Source of the DNA: Gracilinanus agilis
Lineage: Eukaryota
Reading direction: 5' to 3'
Assembly: GCF_016433145.1 (NCBI RefSeq)
Contig: NC_058135.1
Span: forward strand, 221,446,734-221,502,608
DNA: 55,875 nucleotides
This document shows positions 52,595 to 55,875 of this stretch, piece after piece. The notes below the pieces were generated by a model. That model worked only from the letters and a program-made list of their open reading frames with translations. It was not told where the DNA came from and made no database searches. Each line of letters starts with the position of its first letter. The stretch's first letter is position 1. Both the position numbers and the translations under genes were made by a program.

Positions 52595-52803
52595 ATTTTA
52601 TTTTATTTTTAAACCCTTACCTTCCATCTTGGAGTCAATACTCTGTATTGGTTCTAAGGCAGAAGAGTGGTAAGGCTAGGCAATGGGGGCTAAGTGACTT
52701 GCCTAGGGTCACACAACTGGGAAGTGTCTGAGATCAGATTTGAACCCAGGACCTCCTGTCTCTAGACCTGGCTCTCAATCCATTGAGCTACCTAGCTGCC
52801 CCC
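52595..52803 (-). mobile_element. Young SINE1_Mdo
   Basis: 15-bp TSD caaatgtctactttt at 52580-52594 and 52804-52818. Confidence 0.93.
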
Positions 52804-53634
52804 CAAATGTCTACTTTTAAACATAAACATTAAACAGGGATGTCCTCTGGCTACAGATCACGGCCCTGCACAATGGCTGAAGAAGCACAACTGCACATGA
52901 TTCTAAGGGCACTGGACAGACCCACAATAAGGTCACGGATGATGGTGTATACCTGAGAAGAATGAGAGGCACCATCAAAATGACTGAAGAAAAAAGGAGG
53001 TAGACCAGCCATGGATCATGTATGAGTAAGAACAGGCACATGGCCAGAGTGAGGCTCTGGTATTCTCAGAGGAAGGTCTCGTATGTTGGGCAGATTGACC
53101 TGGAGGACCAAAGGAAGACCAGAACAAAAATATTAACAGGCTGAGAAGGTACAGAGGGTCTGTGGTCTGCAAATGGAGGGAGTACACTGGTAAGGTTACA
53201 AATACGAAGATGCATTTATCTTCGATGGCACCCTGTGAGGTAGGGAGTATAAGCATTAGGGACAGGGAGTTGATATGGGATTCCACCAGTGTAGGGAACT
53301 TCTAGGTGAAAGGACTCTTTCTACCACTGCTTCTCATCCTCTTCTCTATACCTCATAGCCTTAGAAAACTGCCTAGAACACAAAGGTTAAATGAGTTGCC
53401 CCAGATTATACAACCAATATGTGTTAGAGGCAAGACTTGAATTTGGGACTTTCCAGCTTTGAAGTCAGCTCTATATAATATTATGCCAAGATAGACTCTC
53501 AGGCAGGCATTGTAGGTAATAAGAGGATGAAGGCTGAGACAGAATTTGCTCATGGTAAGTAGTGGAACTGTGATTTGAACCCTGGTTTTTTATATCCTGT
53601 CTAATGTTCTTTCTGCTATATCAGGCTGCCTCTA

Positions 53635-54161
53635 TTAGTAATAACACGAGTGATTCAGTCATTCAAGGATCTATTGTGGATGCTCCTTCCCCCAACATGG
53701 ATCAAAGTCCCTTTATGCCTTTATAGATGGTCTTTGTGAGATGACGTGGCTGAAGACATAGGCATATCCTGGTGACTAACACTTCCATGACTGGGCTTCT
53801 ATACTTACCTGGACCAGGCCTATGGGAACGAAGTCTTTCCAGTTGGGTAGAGCTTTTCCTCCAATAGCATAGTTTTGAAGTACTCAGGGTTACCTCCATA
53901 CTGCAATGAAGCATCAAAAGAAATGCTTAGTAGAGATGAACAACTAAAGCAACTCACAATTCTATGGTGCTTTCTTCAATCTAACCCTGTAAGGTAATAA
54001 TTCATAATTATCCCCATTTGAAAGATGAGGAAGCTGAGGCTCTGAGAGTCTAGGTTAATGGCCAATATCACTGCTCTTCCCATTCCCAGTGCTCTTCCCA
54101 TTAGTGGAGAGAGCTTCCACAGTAGATCCTTGAATGACTGAATTACGAGTGTTATCACTAA
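53635..54161. repeat. 51-bp inverted repeat (53635-53685 and 54111-54161) with a 425-bp spacer
   Basis: Arms match at 45/51 positions as reverse complements; TA dinucleotides lie near both outer ends. Confidence 0.85.
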
Positions 54162-54580
54162 CACAGGCAGCCTTATATAGTAGAAAAAACACTGGACATG
54201 TTGGAAAAAAACTAGGGTTCAAATCACAATTCCTCTACGCACCTTGGACAAATTCTCTCTCTTCCCTTTCTCCAATCCCCTCAATGCTAGTTCCTTCCCT
54301 TTGAGTTTAACTTCCATTTATCCTGTATATATGGTTTGTAAGCAATTCTTTTGAATGCTGTCTCTTGCATTAGATTATAAGATCCTTGAGGGCATGGATG
54401 ATTTTTGTCTTTCTTTGTCTCCCCAGCGCCTAGCATCTAGTAGGTGCTTAATAAAGTGTTGGTTGACTTCGTACCCAACCTTTGGAACACATGACCAACA
54501 GGAAGAGCCACGTATGGTCGCCAACATTCCAGAAAGAACTAGCTGAAAGTAAAGCAAAGAATGTAAGAATGTGAACTCAC

Positions 54581-54800
54581 TAGGGACCCTTAGAACACAG
54601 AATGTTAGAGTTCTAAGTGACCTCAGAACCCAGAATAGAGAATGACAGAGCTGAAAATGGCCTTAGAACAGAGAACTGTAGAACTGGAGGAGGCTTTTAG
54701 AACACAGAATGTTAGAGCTGCAGAAAATGGCAGCCCTGGGAGGGACCTTAGAGACTATGTGGTCTTCCCCTGGCTGGACAGAGAGGAAAAGAGGCATTGA
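54581..54800 (-). mobile_element. MIR3-like SINE with tandemly iterated 3' tail
   Basis: On the minus strand: ctctaaggtccctcccag followed by about 4 degenerate (ctctaacattctgtgttctaagg)-type units. Confidence 0.65.
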
Positions 54801-55099
54801 CTGGACCTCAGATCTAGGGGTTCCATGGTTCCATGGTTGGGGGCGCTGCTGTCTCCTGTCTGTAATGACCTAGATCCAGTCTTTTCCTCCTTCAGTTTCC
54901 GACTTTGTAAAATGAAGGGTTCCTAAATGAGTCCCAAGATTCCTCCCAGCTCTCCATCTATGATCCAACCAAACGGGAAGTTGTCTGTCCAAGAGCCCAC
55001 GGCGAGCCACGGGAGCAGGACTAGAAGGCAAGTGTCCAGGGTTCAAGGCCTGTCACCAGGTGGCCTATCAAAGGGCCTCCCTCTCCCCTAAAGCCAGGC

Positions 55100-55875
55100 C
55101 TAGCACCTGTAGCATCCCTTTCGCCTCTAGGACCGTCTTTTAAGGCGGGAGTCCCGGGGTCGGCTGATGATGGCTTGTTGCTTTCACAAATCCTGGAGGC
55201 GTGAAGGCAGAAGGGGAGTTCCGTCTAACGGTGTCCTCCGCACGAGTCTCCGCCTTCCCCCTCGGCTCCTAGACGTCTCATTCCAGTTCCTAACAGGCCG
55301 GATTAGGCCAGGCCACACTCTACCAGCCCTGGCTTCCCTTCCTCTCGGTAACGCCGTCCGCTCGGCCCAGCTCATTGGCCAGTCTCCCTCCGGCCCAGCC
55401 ATTGGTCCGCTCTCCGCTACTTTACATAGCCTCCTCAAGACCAATCAGCACGCAGCGCCTACTTAACATGCACCCCGATGGCCACTCAGAGAGCGCGGGG
55501 GCTGGGCCACCACGTGCTGTTGCTAAGCTTCGGCTTCTAAATTGTTACTATCGCGGCCGGCCTATAGGAAGAGAGATTCAGATCTGTCAACATTCTCTTC
55601 CCCAAGCTTAGGGGGTTCGGCCTGCTTCCATTGGTCCCACTCAGCCCTAGTTCCCGCCCCCAAACCCAAACGGCGGATTCCTATTGGTTGCTCGACACGC
55701 CCATCGGTCTTATGTGTCAATTTGAGGGCTGGAGCGAGAGGGTGGTGTATAGGCGACTTGGAAGTAGGCTGGAGTGTGTGAACTCGGTGCAGTTGGGCGC
55801 TCGGGGGTCTGCTCTATAGGCAGTGAGAGGAGCCAGAGCCAGGGTGGGGGGGCTGGGTGTTTGCCGTCTGGTTTC
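55100..55875. promoter_or_regulatory. CpG-island promoter with multiple CCAAT boxes and E2F/GC-box motifs, probably bidirectional
   Basis: ATTGG/CCAAT at about 55375, 55402, 55441, 55630 and 55683; GGCGGGAG at about 55144; TTCCCGCCCCC at about 55651; CACGTG at about 55510; high CpG. The downstream gene could not be identified. Confidence 0.8.

Larger units (their letters stand above)
52953..55400 (-). ncRNA. Candidate divergent spliced lncRNA (exons about 55400-55057, 54773-54581, 53900-53809, 53099 onward)
   Basis: Strong minus-strand acceptors at 54774, 53901 and 53100; donors CTA|GTGAGT (54580) and CAG|GTAAGTAT (53808). No long ORF. The exon 1 donor and TSS are tentative. Confidence 0.4.

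Noticed and set aside
53801-53812. ATACTTACCTGG, identical to the U1 snRNA 5' end
   Set aside because: Similarity stops after 12 nt. It is better explained as a minus-strand consensus splice donor than as a U1 pseudogene.

Overview
Eukaryotic (mammalian) DNA, most likely a didelphid marsupial such as Monodelphis domestica, judged by SINE1_Mdo-type, MAR1-type and MIR/MIR3 SINEs plus marsupial L1 3' ends, L2, L3/CR1 and RTE relics. I recognise no known protein-coding exon; the ORF track is mostly repeat-derived or chance. The window is repeat-dense intergenic/intronic sequence ending in a CCAAT/E2F-rich CpG-island promoter (about 55.1-55.9 kb). Main observations: (1) a 1.6 kb minisatellite whose 40-bp unit is the CR1/L3-type 3' tail of a MIR3-like SINE, with two shorter expansions of the same tail elsewhere; (2) a candidate spliced minus-strand transcript running away from the terminal promoter, with one exon enclosed by a 51-bp inverted repeat; (3) a compact homeodomain/NKX2/E-box enhancer-like cluster at 29.3 kb; (4) a solo LTR with seven MYB motifs; (5) hAT MITEs with perfect CTAG-centred 8-bp TSDs; (6) a HAL1-like ORF1-only element; (7) a phase-compatible four-exon chain at 6.8-9.9 kb. 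Repeat family names are from recall and were not database-checked. Boundaries without TSDs are approximate.
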